Shown here in pieces: positions 29,398 through 39,927 of a stretch of DNA of 64,000 nucleotides. The DNA lies in IMG/VR virus record IMGVR_UViG_3300031760_000005, positions 1 to 64,000 of that record, one strand, 5' to 3'. The notes under the pieces are model-generated. The model was not told the origin of the DNA. It worked only from the letters and a program-made list of their open reading frames with translations, and made no database searches. The DNA comes from a virus (Duplodnaviria; Caudoviricetes). Positions within the stretch are counted from its first letter, which is position 1, and every line of letters starts with the position of its first letter. The position numbers and the translations under genes are program-made.

Positions 29398-31056
29398 ATG
29401 AAGCAAGAATACATAAATTATAATGATCCTACTACTGTAGCTAAAGTATTTGAAACAGTAGAAAAACTTCGTGAACAAAGGAAAAATAAAGAAAACAATT
29501 TTTCTACTCATGAAGAATTAATTAAAGAAGACGAAGATGTTAAACATAATAAAAAAGAGTCTTCAAAATTTTTCTTTAAAAATATTCTTTTCTTTACTAA
29601 TGATAGAGATTCTGAATCTAATAAAACATTAAAAAATTTAGAAAAGGCAATTAAAGATAAAGGTGTAGAAATATTTCCATTTGTTGCTGAAGAAATAAAT
29701 TATAAAGCTACTGATGATAAAATAGAATGGAGTGATAATAAAAATAAATATAAAATTGATGAACAATCAAATGTTGATACTATTGTAATTACTCGTCTTG
29801 GCGTTCAAGAGTCTGAAGAATGTATGGAACTTATTAAAGAACTTCAAGATTGGGGATTTTTTGTTATCAATCCAATACAATCAGCTAAAAAAGCATCTAA
29901 TAAATATCAATCTTCAGTTTTACTTGAAAGATATGAAATTCCTCAACCTCGTTTTACATTAGTATCTAAAAATGATATTACTAAAGGTGAAGAATCTCTT
30001 GTTAAAAAACTTAAAAATATTTATCCTGACATCGGTAAAGATGAAGAGAAAGATAAAGAAAATGAATATGTAGTTAAAATTCTTGATGGACATGGTGGTA
30101 CTGGTGTAACAATGCAAACTGGTAAAACATTACTTTCAATGTTACAAATGGTATTTGCTGTAGATGAAGAACGTGAATTATTAGTGCAAAAGAAAGAAGA
30201 AGCTGATGGTGGAGATATTCGTGTTCATGTTTTGACAATGCGTACTCATCAAAAAATTCTTGCTCAAATGAAACGTAAAAAACTTGGTGGAGACTTCCGT
30301 TCAAATGTATCACTTGGTGCAACTGCGGAAAAGGTTACATTAACTCCCGAACAAGAAGAAATTGCTCTTAAAGTTGCTAAGATTTCTGGTATGCCATGGT
30401 GTGCTGTTGATATTATGCCACTTGTTAAAGGTTCAAATCCTGAAATTGGTGATAACGTAGTACTTGAATATAATGCATCTCCTGGCACAGATGGTATTTC
30501 TGAAGTAATGGAAGAAAACTTTATGGAAATATTACTTAATGAAATCAATGATGTTAATGAGTTAGTACTTGCACCTAAAGCTATCGGTTATCTTGAAAAT
30601 GTTAAATTTACTATGGATAATGATGATGAATTTGAATTTGAAGCTAAATTCGATACAGGTAATGGTGCTAAAGCTTCTACAATAGGATGTGACTCTGTCG
30701 ATTATAAAGGAAATCTTGTTATAGCTACTATTGAAGGTAAGAAATATCAATTTAAAAAAGCTGGTGAATCAAGAGCTATAGTTGGACAAGTAACTGAACC
30801 TCGTACAACTGTAATTATTCCATGTATACAAGTTGGTTCACGTAAACTTCTCGATGTAGAATTTGCATTAGTTGACAATCGTAATAAGAAACAAAAGGTA
30901 TTAATTAATCGTGATGTAATGTCTCGTATGGCTTATCAAATTAATCCTGCTAAAAAACATATTCTTGAAGATGATTTAGCATATTCTTTTAAAGAAGAAG
31001 CAGAAAAGAAAGCTAAAGAAACAGAAGAACAAAATAAAGAAAATTCTAAAAAATAA
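29398..31056 (+). CDS. RimK-like ATP-grasp ligase fused to retropepsin-like aspartic protease
   Basis: GHGGTGV, DIRV, DFRSNVSLG, AVD, EYNASPG; C-terminal AKFDTGNG and LINR. Confidence 0.85.
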   Translation: MKQEYINYNDPTTVAKVFETVEKLREQRKNKENNFSTHEELIKEDEDVKHNKKESSKFFFKNILFFTNDRDSESNKTLKNLEKAIKDKGVEIFPFVAEEINYKATDDKIEWSDNKNKYKIDEQSNVDTIVITRLGVQESEECMELIKELQDWGFFVINPIQSAKKASNKYQSSVLLERYEIPQPRFTLVSKNDITKGEESLVKKLKNIYPDIGKDEEKDKENEYVVKILDGHGGTGVTMQTGKTLLSMLQMVFAVDEERELLVQKKEEADGGDIRVHVLTMRTHQKILAQMKRKKLGGDFRSNVSLGATAEKVTLTPEQEEIALKVAKISGMPWCAVDIMPLVKGSNPEIGDNVVLEYNASPGTDGISEVMEENFMEILLNEINDVNELVLAPKAIGYLENVKFTMDNDDEFEFEAKFDTGNGAKASTIGCDSVDYKGNLVIATIEGKKYQFKKAGESRAIVGQVTEPRTTVIIPCIQVGSRKLLDVEFALVDNRNKKQKVLINRDVMSRMAYQINPAKKHILEDDLAYSFKEEAEKKAKETEEQNKENSKK

Positions 31057-31059
31057 TAC

Positions 31060-32049
31060 ATGAAGAATATAAGCAATTATATATTTGAAAAATTACAAAT
31101 AGGTTCTAATACTAAATTGGGTGACAATTATTATCATCCAAAAGATTTAAATGAATTAAAAGAGTTGGTTAATAAATTAATTAAAGAACGTGGTAATAAT
31201 GCGGATTTAAATGATATAGATACTTCAAAAATAACTGATATGAGTGAATTATTTGAAGAATCTGAATTTAATGGTGATATATCTAAATGGGATGTAAGTA
31301 AAGTAAAAAATATGTGGGCAACATTTAAATATGCTAAATTTAATGGAGATATATCAAATTGGGATGTTAGTAATTTAGAAATTATGAATGAAACATTTAA
31401 CAGTTCTGAATTTAATGGTGATATATCCAAATGGAATGTTAGTAATGTAACTAAAATGATTGCTACATTTTATAAGTCTAAATTTAATGGCGATATAAAA
31501 GATTGGGATGTCAGTAATGTAATTGATATGGGGAATTTATTTGGTAATTCTGAATTTAATGGTAATATAAAAGATTGGGATGTAAGAAATGTCCAATATA
31601 TGCACTTTATGTTTTATAAATCAAAGTTTAATGGTGATGTATCTAAATGGGATGTTAGTAAAGTTAAAGATATGGAAAATATGTTTGATGGTTGTCCATT
31701 TAATAGTGATATATCTAATTGGAAAATAAATGATAAATGTAATGTATCACATATGTTTTCTAAACTTAATGATAGAGATAAAATATTAAAAATTATACCT
31801 AAAAATTTATTTGAACAAAATAAAAGAAAAACCAAACATAATGGTTCAAATCTTATGTGGTGGGATGTTTATCAAATAATTGAAGAATTTGGACCTATGT
31901 CTAAAGGAGATGTATTACGAAAAATGAATTTAAAAACAACAAGTTATGTGACATTATTTAATGATTTGAGCGCATGTAATATAATTGTACCTAAAAATAA
32001 AAAATTATATACTATGCCAAATGATAAATGGTGTAAAAATATATTTTAA
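31060..32049 (+). CDS. DUF285/BspA-like repeat protein with capsid-targeting-like leader
   Basis: DLNDIDTSKITDM cap then 22-aa FNGDISKWDVS.V..M..MF repeats; extra C-terminal domain. Confidence 0.85.
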   Translation: MKNISNYIFEKLQIGSNTKLGDNYYHPKDLNELKELVNKLIKERGNNADLNDIDTSKITDMSELFEESEFNGDISKWDVSKVKNMWATFKYAKFNGDISNWDVSNLEIMNETFNSSEFNGDISKWNVSNVTKMIATFYKSKFNGDIKDWDVSNVIDMGNLFGNSEFNGNIKDWDVRNVQYMHFMFYKSKFNGDVSKWDVSKVKDMENMFDGCPFNSDISNWKINDKCNVSHMFSKLNDRDKILKIIPKNLFEQNKRKTKHNGSNLMWWDVYQIIEEFGPMSKGDVLRKMNLKTTSYVTLFNDLSACNIIVPKNKKLYTMPNDKWCKNIF

Positions 32050-32052
32050 TTT

Positions 32053-32736
32053 ATGAAGAAGATAAATAATTATATATTAGAAAAACTTCAAATAGGTTCT
32101 ACCACTAAATTGGGCGACAATTATAATTATCATCCTAAAACTAAAGAAGAATTAAAAGAATTATTATATAAACTAATTAAAGAACGTGGTAATGAAGCTA
32201 ATTTAAATGATATTGACACATCAGAAATAACTGATATGTCTGATTTATTTGAAGAATCTAAATTTAATGGAAATATATCAGAATGGGACGTTAGTAAAGT
32301 TACTGATATGAGTGGTATGTTTTATGATTCTAAATTTAATACAGATATATCGAAATGGGATGTAAGTAATGTTACAGATATGAATTGTATGTTTAATTTT
32401 TCTAAATTTAATGGAGATATTTCCCAATGGAATGTTAGTAATGTAACCAATATGGAATATATGTTTTCCAATTCTATTTTTAATGGAGATATATCTAAAT
32501 GGGATGTAAGTAATGTTACAGATATGGAGGGAATGTTTAATATATCTAAATTTAATCAGAATATATCTGAATGGGATGTAAGTAATGTTACTAATATGTT
32601 TATAATGTTTTATGATTGTAAAACATTTAATCAAAATTTAGATAATTGGGATGTAAGTAATGTTAAAGATATGAGGCATACATTTGGTGGATGTAAATCA
32701 TTAAAAAATAAACCAACATGGTATAAAACACAATAA
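32053..32736 (+). CDS. DUF285/BspA-like repeat protein (paralogue)
   Basis: Same leader and repeats. Confidence 0.85.
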   Translation: MKKINNYILEKLQIGSTTKLGDNYNYHPKTKEELKELLYKLIKERGNEANLNDIDTSEITDMSDLFEESKFNGNISEWDVSKVTDMSGMFYDSKFNTDISKWDVSNVTDMNCMFNFSKFNGDISQWNVSNVTNMEYMFSNSIFNGDISKWDVSNVTDMEGMFNISKFNQNISEWDVSNVTNMFIMFYDCKTFNQNLDNWDVSNVKDMRHTFGGCKSLKNKPTWYKTQ

Positions 32737-32927
32737 TGAAACAACTTAAACAATATTTAGAAGATTTATTTGCAACGCCAGCAAATACTATAGGGATGGG
32801 AGGTATAACAGCTCCTACAGAAACAACGCCTGGTTCTGGAGATATTCCTCAACCTATGTGTATAGATATTAAAACAGGTAAAATGTATAAAAGAAGAAAA
32901 AAATTTAAACGATATAAAATTGTATAA
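32736..32927 (+). CDS. Small putative internal head protein
   Basis: MKQLKQYLE leader, ATPANTIGMG, basic C-tail. Confidence 0.6.
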   Translation: MKQLKQYLEDLFATPANTIGMGGITAPTETTPGSGDIPQPMCIDIKTGKMYKRRKKFKRYKIV

Positions 32928-32930
32928 TTG

Positions 32931-32962
32931 AAATGGGAAACTCATTAATGAGTTTCCCATTT
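32931..32962. terminator. Bidirectional terminator (perfect palindrome)
   Basis: AAATGGGAAACTCATTAATGAGTTTCCCATTT. Confidence 0.85.
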
Positions 32963-32963
32963 G

Positions 32964-33131
32964 TTAACTAAAAAATAATGTTTCACCTCCACATATCCAT
33001 ATAATTGACTGAGCTAAAAATGCGCCACATAAAAAAGCAAATACTCCTGTGATCCAATTAAAATACTCATTAGTAATTATACGATATGCCAAAATAAAAA
33101 ACGTAACTAAAAAAATAATTATATTAATCAT
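32964..33131 (-). CDS. Small membrane protein (55 aa, not in ORF track)
   Basis: MINIIIFLVTFFILAY...GGETLFFS; ATGA overlap with upstream gene. Confidence 0.55.
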   Translation of the reverse strand: MINIIIFLVTFFILAYRIITNEYFNWITGVFAFLCGAFLAQSIIWICGGETLFFS

Positions 33132-33553
33132 GATTTTTTATACAATTTATTTTCAATAACATGTTTAATAATTCTATATTTTGCCTGGTCATTAAGTGCG
33201 TTCAAATGATAATAGATTGCGCGAAAAATATCATTCATACTCATATTATCAATACTAGCATGACTATTTGGAAGAAAATGCTCATTTTTAACTAATTCAC
33301 GGGTTTTATATAACAACTCTTCCATTCCATCATCAGGAATAATAGCTTCCCAATAATTTGACTCCATTTCCTTAATAGAAAATAAAAGCTCATTAGCATT
33401 AGTATGAGGCAAAATAATTTTATCACCCAAACGAATAGCTAAATTTGTATAAAGTGTGCCATTAATTGCCTGCGCTTTAAGCATATTAAGAGCATCATGA
33501 AGTTTAAGATCAGACTTAACTACCTTCCAATATTTCACCTTATTAATATTCAT
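33128..33553 (-). CDS. Hypothetical protein
   Basis: Likely start MNINKV. Confidence 0.6.
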   Translation of the reverse strand: MNINKVKYWKVVKSDLKLHDALNMLKAQAINGTLYTNLAIRLGDKIILPHTNANELLFSIKEMESNYWEAIIPDDGMEELLYKTRELVKNEHFLPNSHASIDNMSMNDIFRAIYYHLNALNDQAKYRIIKHVIENKLYKKS

Positions 33554-33797
33554 AATCACTTCTATTTTTTTTATTAACAATTGAATCAATATCCTTCATC
33601 AAACATTTGGGATCATGCGTAAAACCATGCCCATACAATCCACCATCTTTAAATTCTATAAATACATGGCCATCATATGTAAATCTTTTAGCAACGAGAG
33701 CATAAGAAATTCCATCTGAATTAACAGGTTCTGTGTCATTTGAATAACAACCACTCAATACCATGCACCCAACAAATAAAAACAAAATCTTTTTCAT
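33543..33797 (-). CDS. Putative lipoprotein
   Basis: Signal peptide with lipobox LSGC; THDPKC. Confidence 0.65.
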   Translation of the reverse strand: MKKILFLFVGCMVLSGCYSNDTEPVNSDGISYALVAKRFTYDGHVFIEFKDGGLYGHGFTHDPKCLMKDIDSIVNKKNRSDYEY

Positions 33798-33799
33798 AA

Positions 33800-33958
33800 T
33801 TATGAAAGACGGGTTTTAAGTTCTGTCAACCATTCCATGCATTTCTTAATTCTTTCTTTAGAATCACTATCACCATAATCGATACATTCTAAAGCATCAT
33901 GCAAATATTTTCTTGCAAAAATAATCATTTCTTCATCTTTTTGTGATAACTTACCCAT
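33800..33958 (-). CDS. Hypothetical protein (52 aa, not in ORF track)
   Basis: MGKLSQKDEE...LKTRLS, first gene after a promoter motif. Confidence 0.55.
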   Translation of the reverse strand: MGKLSQKDEEMIIFARKYLHDALECIDYGDSDSKERIKKCMEWLTELKTRLS

Positions 33959-33994
33959 AATAGTTTATTTTTTGTTATTTTTATTTGATATTTA

Positions 33995-34023
33995 AATATA
34001 GTAACAATTAAATAAAAATTCAA
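33995..34023 (-). promoter_or_regulatory. Early/middle promoter TTGAAT-N17-TATATT
   Basis: Recurrent motif. Confidence 0.7.
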
Positions 34024-34040
34024 ATAATATTTAATTTTAT

Positions 34041-34355
34041 ATGAAAGGTTTTGTATATTTATTATGCGATGGAGAAAATTTCAAAATAGGAATGACTAAA
34101 CAAAAAGATATTCATAAAAGAATATCTGAATTACAAACGGGTAATCCTAAAGAGATTTATATTACATCTTATTATGAAACTGATTATCCATATAAAGTTG
34201 AACAATTAATGCACATAAAATATAATATTTCTAAAGTTAAAAATGAATGGTTTAATTTAACATTAGAACAAGTTGTTAATTTTAGAAAAAATTGTTTAGA
34301 ATGTGAGTATAGAATAGAATTATTAAAAGATAATCCATTTTTTGAAGCAAAATGA
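34041..34355 (+). CDS. GIY-YIG superfamily (T5orf172/MUG113-like) protein
   Basis: GFVYL...FKIGMT...R..ELQTGNP...E..MH...EWF. Confidence 0.85.
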   Translation: MKGFVYLLCDGENFKIGMTKQKDIHKRISELQTGNPKEIYITSYYETDYPYKVEQLMHIKYNISKVKNEWFNLTLEQVVNFRKNCLECEYRIELLKDNPFFEAK

Positions 34356-34365
34356 AAATTCACAA

Positions 34366-34779
34366 TTATTTATTTTCTTCAAAATTTATTTGCATTACCC
34401 TATCACTATATCCCTTATCCCCAACCTCAACATTAAGAGGAATATAATTGTAATAACCTGGAGTATCTTCAGTATACAAAACAAAATTTAACAAATCGTC
34501 ATCTCCCAAATCATTAATAATGTCATAAAGTACATCGATAGGAGTCATCATAAGATCATTATCGAAATCATCTTCTAATACATATGTACAAACGTAATGA
34601 CCTTCGTCATTTAGCTTAGTAAATATATGTTGAATCTTCACACTTACGAGATTAGGCATAGGATAATGATTACATTTCATAAAATCTTCTTTAGATCCAT
34701 GCTCCCACTTCCTAAATAAAATATTCCAAGTAGGAGGGCAACTCAAAACCATATCACGAAATTCTGATACTGTAATCAT
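34366..34779 (-). CDS. Hypothetical protein
   Basis: 137-aa ORF. Confidence 0.65.
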   Translation of the reverse strand: MITVSEFRDMVLSCPPTWNILFRKWEHGSKEDFMKCNHYPMPNLVSVKIQHIFTKLNDEGHYVCTYVLEDDFDNDLMMTPIDVLYDIINDLGDDDLLNFVLYTEDTPGYYNYIPLNVEVGDKGYSDRVMQINFEENK

Positions 34780-34820
34780 ATTAAAAAAATTTGTTAAAAT
34801 TATTTTTTAATTATATATAA

Positions 34821-34876
34821 AATATAGAAAAACCTCTACAAAAATTCAAATATTATTTGAAATTTGCAGAGGCTTT
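34821..34876 (-). promoter_or_regulatory. Promoter TTGAAT-N17-TATATT embedded in a stem-loop
   Basis: Motif at 34821-34849; CCTCTACAAA..TTCAAAT/ATTTGAA..TTTGCAGAGG inverted repeat. Confidence 0.65.
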
Positions 34877-34900
34877 GCTTATTTGATGTTTAATGATAAT

Positions 34901-35386
34901 TTACATTCTTACAAGCCAGTCGGCAGCAGATGTTGCAAGAGGTGCGATAGTCTTAAATCGTACTTCATAACCCATTGACTCTACCCAACCTTTAGCTGTT
35001 TGGAACACCTCATTTGACTTAAACTGAGGATTTGGGTTAATATCGATATCGATATACTTAGGTCTAGGACAACCTGCTTCAGTAAGTTCATTAGCAAGGT
35101 TAAGAGATTCCTCTACCTCTTTAAGCAAACGAACTTGACGTACTGTCTCCTTAGCAGTTCTCCAACGTCTAAAGATACAATGTGCACCGTGGCCTGGAGT
35201 ATATAATGCAATAACTGTTGAATAAGTTGTGTGTCTACCCTTGTTTTGTGAGTCGGTTCCAATGATTATGTCAATACCACCATTCTTAGAATGCTCAGCA
35301 ACATACTGCTTAACATAATCTGAAACACTTAAAAGCTTTTCACCAGTAAACTTCTTAAAATCTACGGTACCTACTGTCTTTTCCAT
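34901..35386 (-). CDS. RNase H-like YkuK family protein
   Basis: IIGTDSQ, RLLKEVEES, IDIDIN...SN, AADWLVR. Confidence 0.85.
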   Translation of the reverse strand: MEKTVGTVDFKKFTGEKLLSVSDYVKQYVAEHSKNGGIDIIIGTDSQNKGRHTTYSTVIALYTPGHGAHCIFRRWRTAKETVRQVRLLKEVEESLNLANELTEAGCPRPKYIDIDINPNPQFKSNEVFQTAKGWVESMGYEVRFKTIAPLATSAADWLVRM

Positions 35387-35439
35387 AATTTTATAAATTT
35401 AATAATTAATGTGTTTTTTAATTCTTTATTAAAATAGTA

Positions 35440-35473
35440 AATCCCTAAACTTTATTAAAAATTTAGGGATTTT
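35440..35473 (-). terminator. Intrinsic terminator-like hairpin
   Basis: AAATCCCTAAA...TTTAGGGATTT. Confidence 0.65.
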
Positions 35474-35500
35474 ATATATAGTTTTAATAAAGTTTAACAA

Positions 35501-35854
35501 TTATTTCAATAAATCACATAATAATTTTGCATTATTATCATTCATCGCATATTCTTTTCCTGATTTTGTTAATTTAATAGAATTACAATTAACTTCTGTA
35601 GAATCTTCTTCATCGGTTTGAATAATAATATAATCTTCATCTCCATCATTTGCATCATAAAAATTAAATGTTGAAGAATTATAATTTAATTCTAAACATA
35701 TTGAAGGAAATTCATCTTCTTCAGTTCCTTTAACTAAATATGCAATACCAGTACTATCAGGGCCTTGTAATGTGCACCCATATTTTAAAACAAGTTTTTT
35801 AAATTGATCTAATTTAGAATTTGATTCTAAAATAAAAGTTTTAATATCTTTCAT
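35501..35854 (-). CDS. Putative internal head protein
   Basis: MKDIKTFILE leader. Confidence 0.6.
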   Translation of the reverse strand: MKDIKTFILESNSKLDQFKKLVLKYGCTLQGPDSTGIAYLVKGTEEDEFPSICLELNYNSSTFNFYDANDGDEDYIIIQTDEEDSTEVNCNSIKLTKSGKEYAMNDNNAKLLCDLLK

Positions 35855-35888
35855 ATTTTTTATATTATATATTTATTTTTACTATTAA

Positions 35889-36242
35889 TTAATATTCTAT
35901 TTCATCCCCAAAATATGAAACAAACGTTGCAGTGTAAGTTTTATTATTCAAGCTAAAAGAGACTTCCCAATCATTTGATGTTTCTATAGAAGTTACTTTA
36001 ATGTTTTCATCCCAGTTATCATTTAAAAATTTTGCAATTTCTTTACAAGCTTTTTTAGGATCTGAATCATCAAAATTATCAAACCAACCATTATCAAGTA
36101 ATCCTTGACAATTTTCAGGTTCTACTTTTCCTGGTTTTCCATCAGGCATCTCGCCAAGACATGCCCATTTGGCAAAATCACCAACAGTAGCTTGATCTAC
36201 ATGTTTCTTACCTTCTAATATAAATTGTTTTAAATCTTTCAT
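35889..36242 (-). CDS. Putative internal head protein
   Basis: MKDLKQFILE leader. Confidence 0.6.
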   Translation of the reverse strand: MKDLKQFILEGKKHVDQATVGDFAKWACLGEMPDGKPGKVEPENCQGLLDNGWFDNFDDSDPKKACKEIAKFLNDNWDENIKVTSIETSNDWEVSFSLNNKTYTATFVSYFGDEIEY

Positions 36243-36269
36243 AATTATTTATATGTTTATTAATAATAA

Positions 36270-37130
36270 TTACATTTTTCTAAATGAAGTTTTCAAATCA
36301 AACCCATGTGCAAGAATTTTAGTTTTATTATCAGGATTTGACTCTGGCTCTTGTTTAATACTCCATAAGAAATTTTCAATATTAATGTATGTATTTAAAT
36401 CAAACAAATCATTATACCAATATTTAAGTATATTGTAATTTAATTTTTGAAATGATATATTGGTTACATAATGTATATATTCAGATGTTCCTATCTTTGG
36501 TATGTTACGCCAATTTTCCCAATAAACTCCATTAATAAATAAATCATAATAATATTTTACAAATACCGGTGATTGGATCTTGTAAAAAACATCAGGACAA
36601 TCTACTTTCCAAACATAAGATTTCAATTCACTTTTAATTTTTTCTACTTTATCAGTCGAAAATTTAATTTTAGTATATCCACAAATACCTTTATCGGCTA
36701 TTTTATCAAATTCTTTTTGAGCCATCGGAATTAATATATTATCAATTGCTTCTTTAGATTCTGTAGTTGATCCATTTAAGATTTTATCTACCAATTCTCT
36801 ACCTAAGATAATAAATACATATTCACGAGATTTATATCCTTTACATATATAATGTATTTTCATAATTGGTTGTGAAAATACAAATGGGTATATTCCGAAA
36901 ATAAGATTGTCAAAAGAAATATCTCCATTATTTGCACATGTATTAGTATAATATTGATGCCCAAAATATCCATGATATTTGGAATAATATGTAACTGAAT
37001 TACCATTTCTTTTAAACAATTCATCGAAATACTCGTTTACAATCACTGCACTACGTACATATGTCAAATCGGCATCATGATCTTGAACCAAATAATCATA
37101 AAAATCTTTATATTTACTAATTATCTTCAT
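36270..37130 (-). CDS. Conserved-type phage hypothetical protein
   Basis: MKIISKYKDFYDY...KILAHGFDLKTSFRK termini. Confidence 0.75.
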   Translation of the reverse strand: MKIISKYKDFYDYLVQDHDADLTYVRSAVIVNEYFDELFKRNGNSVTYYSKYHGYFGHQYYTNTCANNGDISFDNLIFGIYPFVFSQPIMKIHYICKGYKSREYVFIILGRELVDKILNGSTTESKEAIDNILIPMAQKEFDKIADKGICGYTKIKFSTDKVEKIKSELKSYVWKVDCPDVFYKIQSPVFVKYYYDLFINGVYWENWRNIPKIGTSEYIHYVTNISFQKLNYNILKYWYNDLFDLNTYINIENFLWSIKQEPESNPDNKTKILAHGFDLKTSFRKM

Positions 37131-37399
37131 TTCTCAATATAATTTTTTAAACTATAAATACTATCAAACTTCTTATCCCAATTTGTCCAAGCACCAATAA
37201 CTAATTTTGATGTTCTAGATACTTTAATATATAATACCTCTGGACGTCTTTTGTTATTACGAAACATAATATGATAACTGTAAATAAAATCTGTATCATT
37301 TCTTTTTACAGTGAATCCATATACCATATTACTAACTAAATATTTATTTAGTTCTTTAAAAGTAATTATACCAAAAGTTTTATTTAATCTAGGTCTCAT
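37127..37399 (-). CDS. Hypothetical protein
   Basis: 90-aa basic ORF. Confidence 0.6.
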   Translation of the reverse strand: MRPRLNKTFGIITFKELNKYLVSNMVYGFTVKRNDTDFIYSYHIMFRNNKRRPEVLYIKVSRTSKLVIGAWTNWDKKFDSIYSLKNYIEK

Positions 37400-37418
37400 A
37401 TCATTATATTTGTAATTA

Positions 37419-37447
37419 AATATAGATAAAACTAAATATTATTTCAA
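37419..37447 (-). promoter_or_regulatory. Early/middle promoter TTGAAA-N17-TATATT
   Basis: Recurrent motif. Confidence 0.65.
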
Positions 37448-37486
37448 AAATAAAAATAAAAAAATTAAGAAATATGAATTAACTAT

Positions 37487-37497
37487 TTATTTTTAAT
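37487..37497 (+). promoter_or_regulatory. Putative late promoter motif TTATTTTTAAT
   Basis: Recurrent 11-mer. Confidence 0.45.
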
Positions 37498-37518
37498 TAA
37501 ATATTTAAATTTAATATA

Positions 37519-39552
37519 GTGGAAAGACATACATTAAATATTAATGATCATAAATATCTAATTGACTATACAAATGTAGTATATGATAATTCTTCATCAT
37601 ATACTATATCTCAATATATTATGATTCGTAATTTTGATGTAGTTAATGATATAATTATAGATAAAGATTTAATTTTTATTGATAAACGAGTATTTATAAA
37701 TTATATCAATAATTTAAAATCTGGTAAAACAAATGATATACAAGTATTTCCAATTAATAATTCTAAATTAACTGGTTATTCTAACAATATAACTTCATTT
37801 AATGGATCATTATACAATAATGATTTATTTGATATAATTGATGAAAATAATAATATTAATACTAATCAATATGTATATTTATTATATGATAATGAACATA
37901 ATGAAAAATATGTAAAGAACAATATCATAAAATTATATCATCCAACAACGCAAATAACATTAAATGGAATAATTTGTATTAAAAGCATAATAAATAATAT
38001 TAATGTTTATTTCTTATGTAATAAAATTAATGAGTATACAACATATTCAAATGATGAAATACGTTTAGAAAATAATAATTATTCTGAATATATTAAAATT
38101 GAATTTCCTAATATAGAAGATTTATTTGATATTAATAAAAACGCAAGTGTTGGAATAAATAATACTAATTTTAATACATATTATATAGAAAATCTTAATA
38201 TTGTAAATATTGTTGACGATTTTATCAATGGTCAAACTAATGAAAATGTAAACTTTATAAATAATGAAACACAATATATTCCTTTAAATTTAATTATTCA
38301 ACCTTATAAAATTGTATTAAAGAATATAGAAGGAGAAAATATGCATATTAAAGAATATGTTAATATTAAATATCGTATAGAAAATAGATTATTAACATAT
38401 CCATTTATATTCAGTATATTTCCATATAATGAAAATATTAATGATATATATCAATTAGCAGATAATTTATCAATAGCACAAATTACAATAACTTCTGAAT
38501 GTAAAATAACATTATCATCTAAATTAGGTTTTAATGAAGAAGGTAAAATATCAATTAATTCAGAATTTATATATCCTAATTTTGATAAATACAAAACATT
38601 CAAAGATGCATATTTAGATTTAAATAATATATCAATATCAGATTATGATGATTTTTATGAGAATATTGATAATCGATTAGAAGATATAAATTATTCAGAT
38701 ATATCAGAATTAGAATTAGATGTAGTAACACAAAATTTAAAAATAGCAAATAAACAAATAAATGAAGAAACAATATTAGAGGAATATAAAAGATTATTAG
38801 AAGAGCAATTAAAGGATGAATATGCTGATGAGCTTGGTTTAGATCCAACTTTTATTGGATTTAGAATTGAAATTGCTACAGATAATAATTTTAATGATTT
38901 AATATATTATAATGAAAAAACAATTAAATTAATATCTTTACCCAATAAATTTAATTTTGCTATTGATGGAATTTTTGATGATTGGAATCAAAAACCACAA
39001 TCATTAATATGTCGCTGCATGTTTATTGATAAATATTTAGGTATAAAAATAGTAAGTAATTTTGTTGTTATAACTAAAGAATGGTTTAAATATATAATAC
39101 GTCATAATATTCCTAACTTAATTAATAAAATACAATATGATAATAATATGCAAGAAATAATATTAAACGATGATACTAAATTTAATTTTATAAATAATAT
39201 TAAATGTATAATAAAAAAAGAGGAAAATAATATAGATATTAATAGTAAAAAAATATCTGATTTTCAAAAAATAGTCTTTAAACCAATTTTTTATAAAGTT
39301 CAAAACTTGCAAAATATTCAAATACGTCAAACAGTTAAACAAAATATTGGAATTAATTTAGCTGATTATATGACTAAAGTCAATGCATTTAAATTAATTA
39401 TAAACAATGAAGAAATTATAGAATCAGCTCGTAATGATATGTATGTTATATTTAATATAGATGGAAAAAAAATTACAAGTTATTCTGGAAAATACGATAT
39501 TGTTAATCAAGATGACGAATATATATCATCTGGTGGTTGGACATTAGTTTAA
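37519..39552 (+). CDS. Putative baseplate/structural protein
   Basis: 677 aa, GTG start, co-oriented upstream of gp25/gp6-like genes. Confidence 0.6.
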   Translation: MERHTLNINDHKYLIDYTNVVYDNSSSYTISQYIMIRNFDVVNDIIIDKDLIFIDKRVFINYINNLKSGKTNDIQVFPINNSKLTGYSNNITSFNGSLYNNDLFDIIDENNNINTNQYVYLLYDNEHNEKYVKNNIIKLYHPTTQITLNGIICIKSIINNINVYFLCNKINEYTTYSNDEIRLENNNYSEYIKIEFPNIEDLFDINKNASVGINNTNFNTYYIENLNIVNIVDDFINGQTNENVNFINNETQYIPLNLIIQPYKIVLKNIEGENMHIKEYVNIKYRIENRLLTYPFIFSIFPYNENINDIYQLADNLSIAQITITSECKITLSSKLGFNEEGKISINSEFIYPNFDKYKTFKDAYLDLNNISISDYDDFYENIDNRLEDINYSDISELELDVVTQNLKIANKQINEETILEEYKRLLEEQLKDEYADELGLDPTFIGFRIEIATDNNFNDLIYYNEKTIKLISLPNKFNFAIDGIFDDWNQKPQSLICRCMFIDKYLGIKIVSNFVVITKEWFKYIIRHNIPNLINKIQYDNNMQEIILNDDTKFNFINNIKCIIKKEENNIDINSKKISDFQKIVFKPIFYKVQNLQNIQIRQTVKQNIGINLADYMTKVNAFKLIINNEEIIESARNDMYVIFNIDGKKITSYSGKYDIVNQDDEYISSGGWTLV

Positions 39553-39570
39553 AAATATTCATATATATTT

Positions 39571-39912
39571 ATGATAGATTTAGCATTAGATGGAAAGATT
39601 TTTATAGATAATACAGTTGATGCTGCTTTGCAAGAGTTAGATATGTTATTTAATACCGAAAAAACTGAGCTTATAAATAATGTTCAATATGGTACTAATT
39701 TCGAACAATTTTTATGGGTTTTAAATCCATCTGAAGAGCAATTAAAAAAATATATTAGTGAACAAATTACTAATACATATTTTTTAAGTAGTATGGATTA
39801 CGATATTAATGTAGAAATACTTAAAGGAGATTTCAGATTAATATATTTTGTTCAAATAAGTGTAACTGATGAATTTGGTCGTAATGGAATACGTGAATAC
39901 GAATTTAGATAA
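39571..39912 (+). CDS. Baseplate gp25-like protein
   Basis: QELDMLFNTEKTELI....YGTNFEQFLW pattern; precedes wedge gene. Confidence 0.7.
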   Translation: MIDLALDGKIFIDNTVDAALQELDMLFNTEKTELINNVQYGTNFEQFLWVLNPSEEQLKKYISEQITNTYFLSSMDYDINVEILKGDFRLIYFVQISVTDEFGRNGIREYEFR

Positions 39913-39927
39913 ATTTATAATAATTTA

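Noticed and set aside
31134-32634. Antisense ORFs with periodic sequence (31134-31430, 31614-31835, 32278-32634)
   Set aside because: Shadows of the DUF285 repeats on the opposite strand
34041-34355. Intron- or intein-associated homing endonuclease
   Set aside because: Free-standing short T5orf172-like gene; flanking genes are not interrupted
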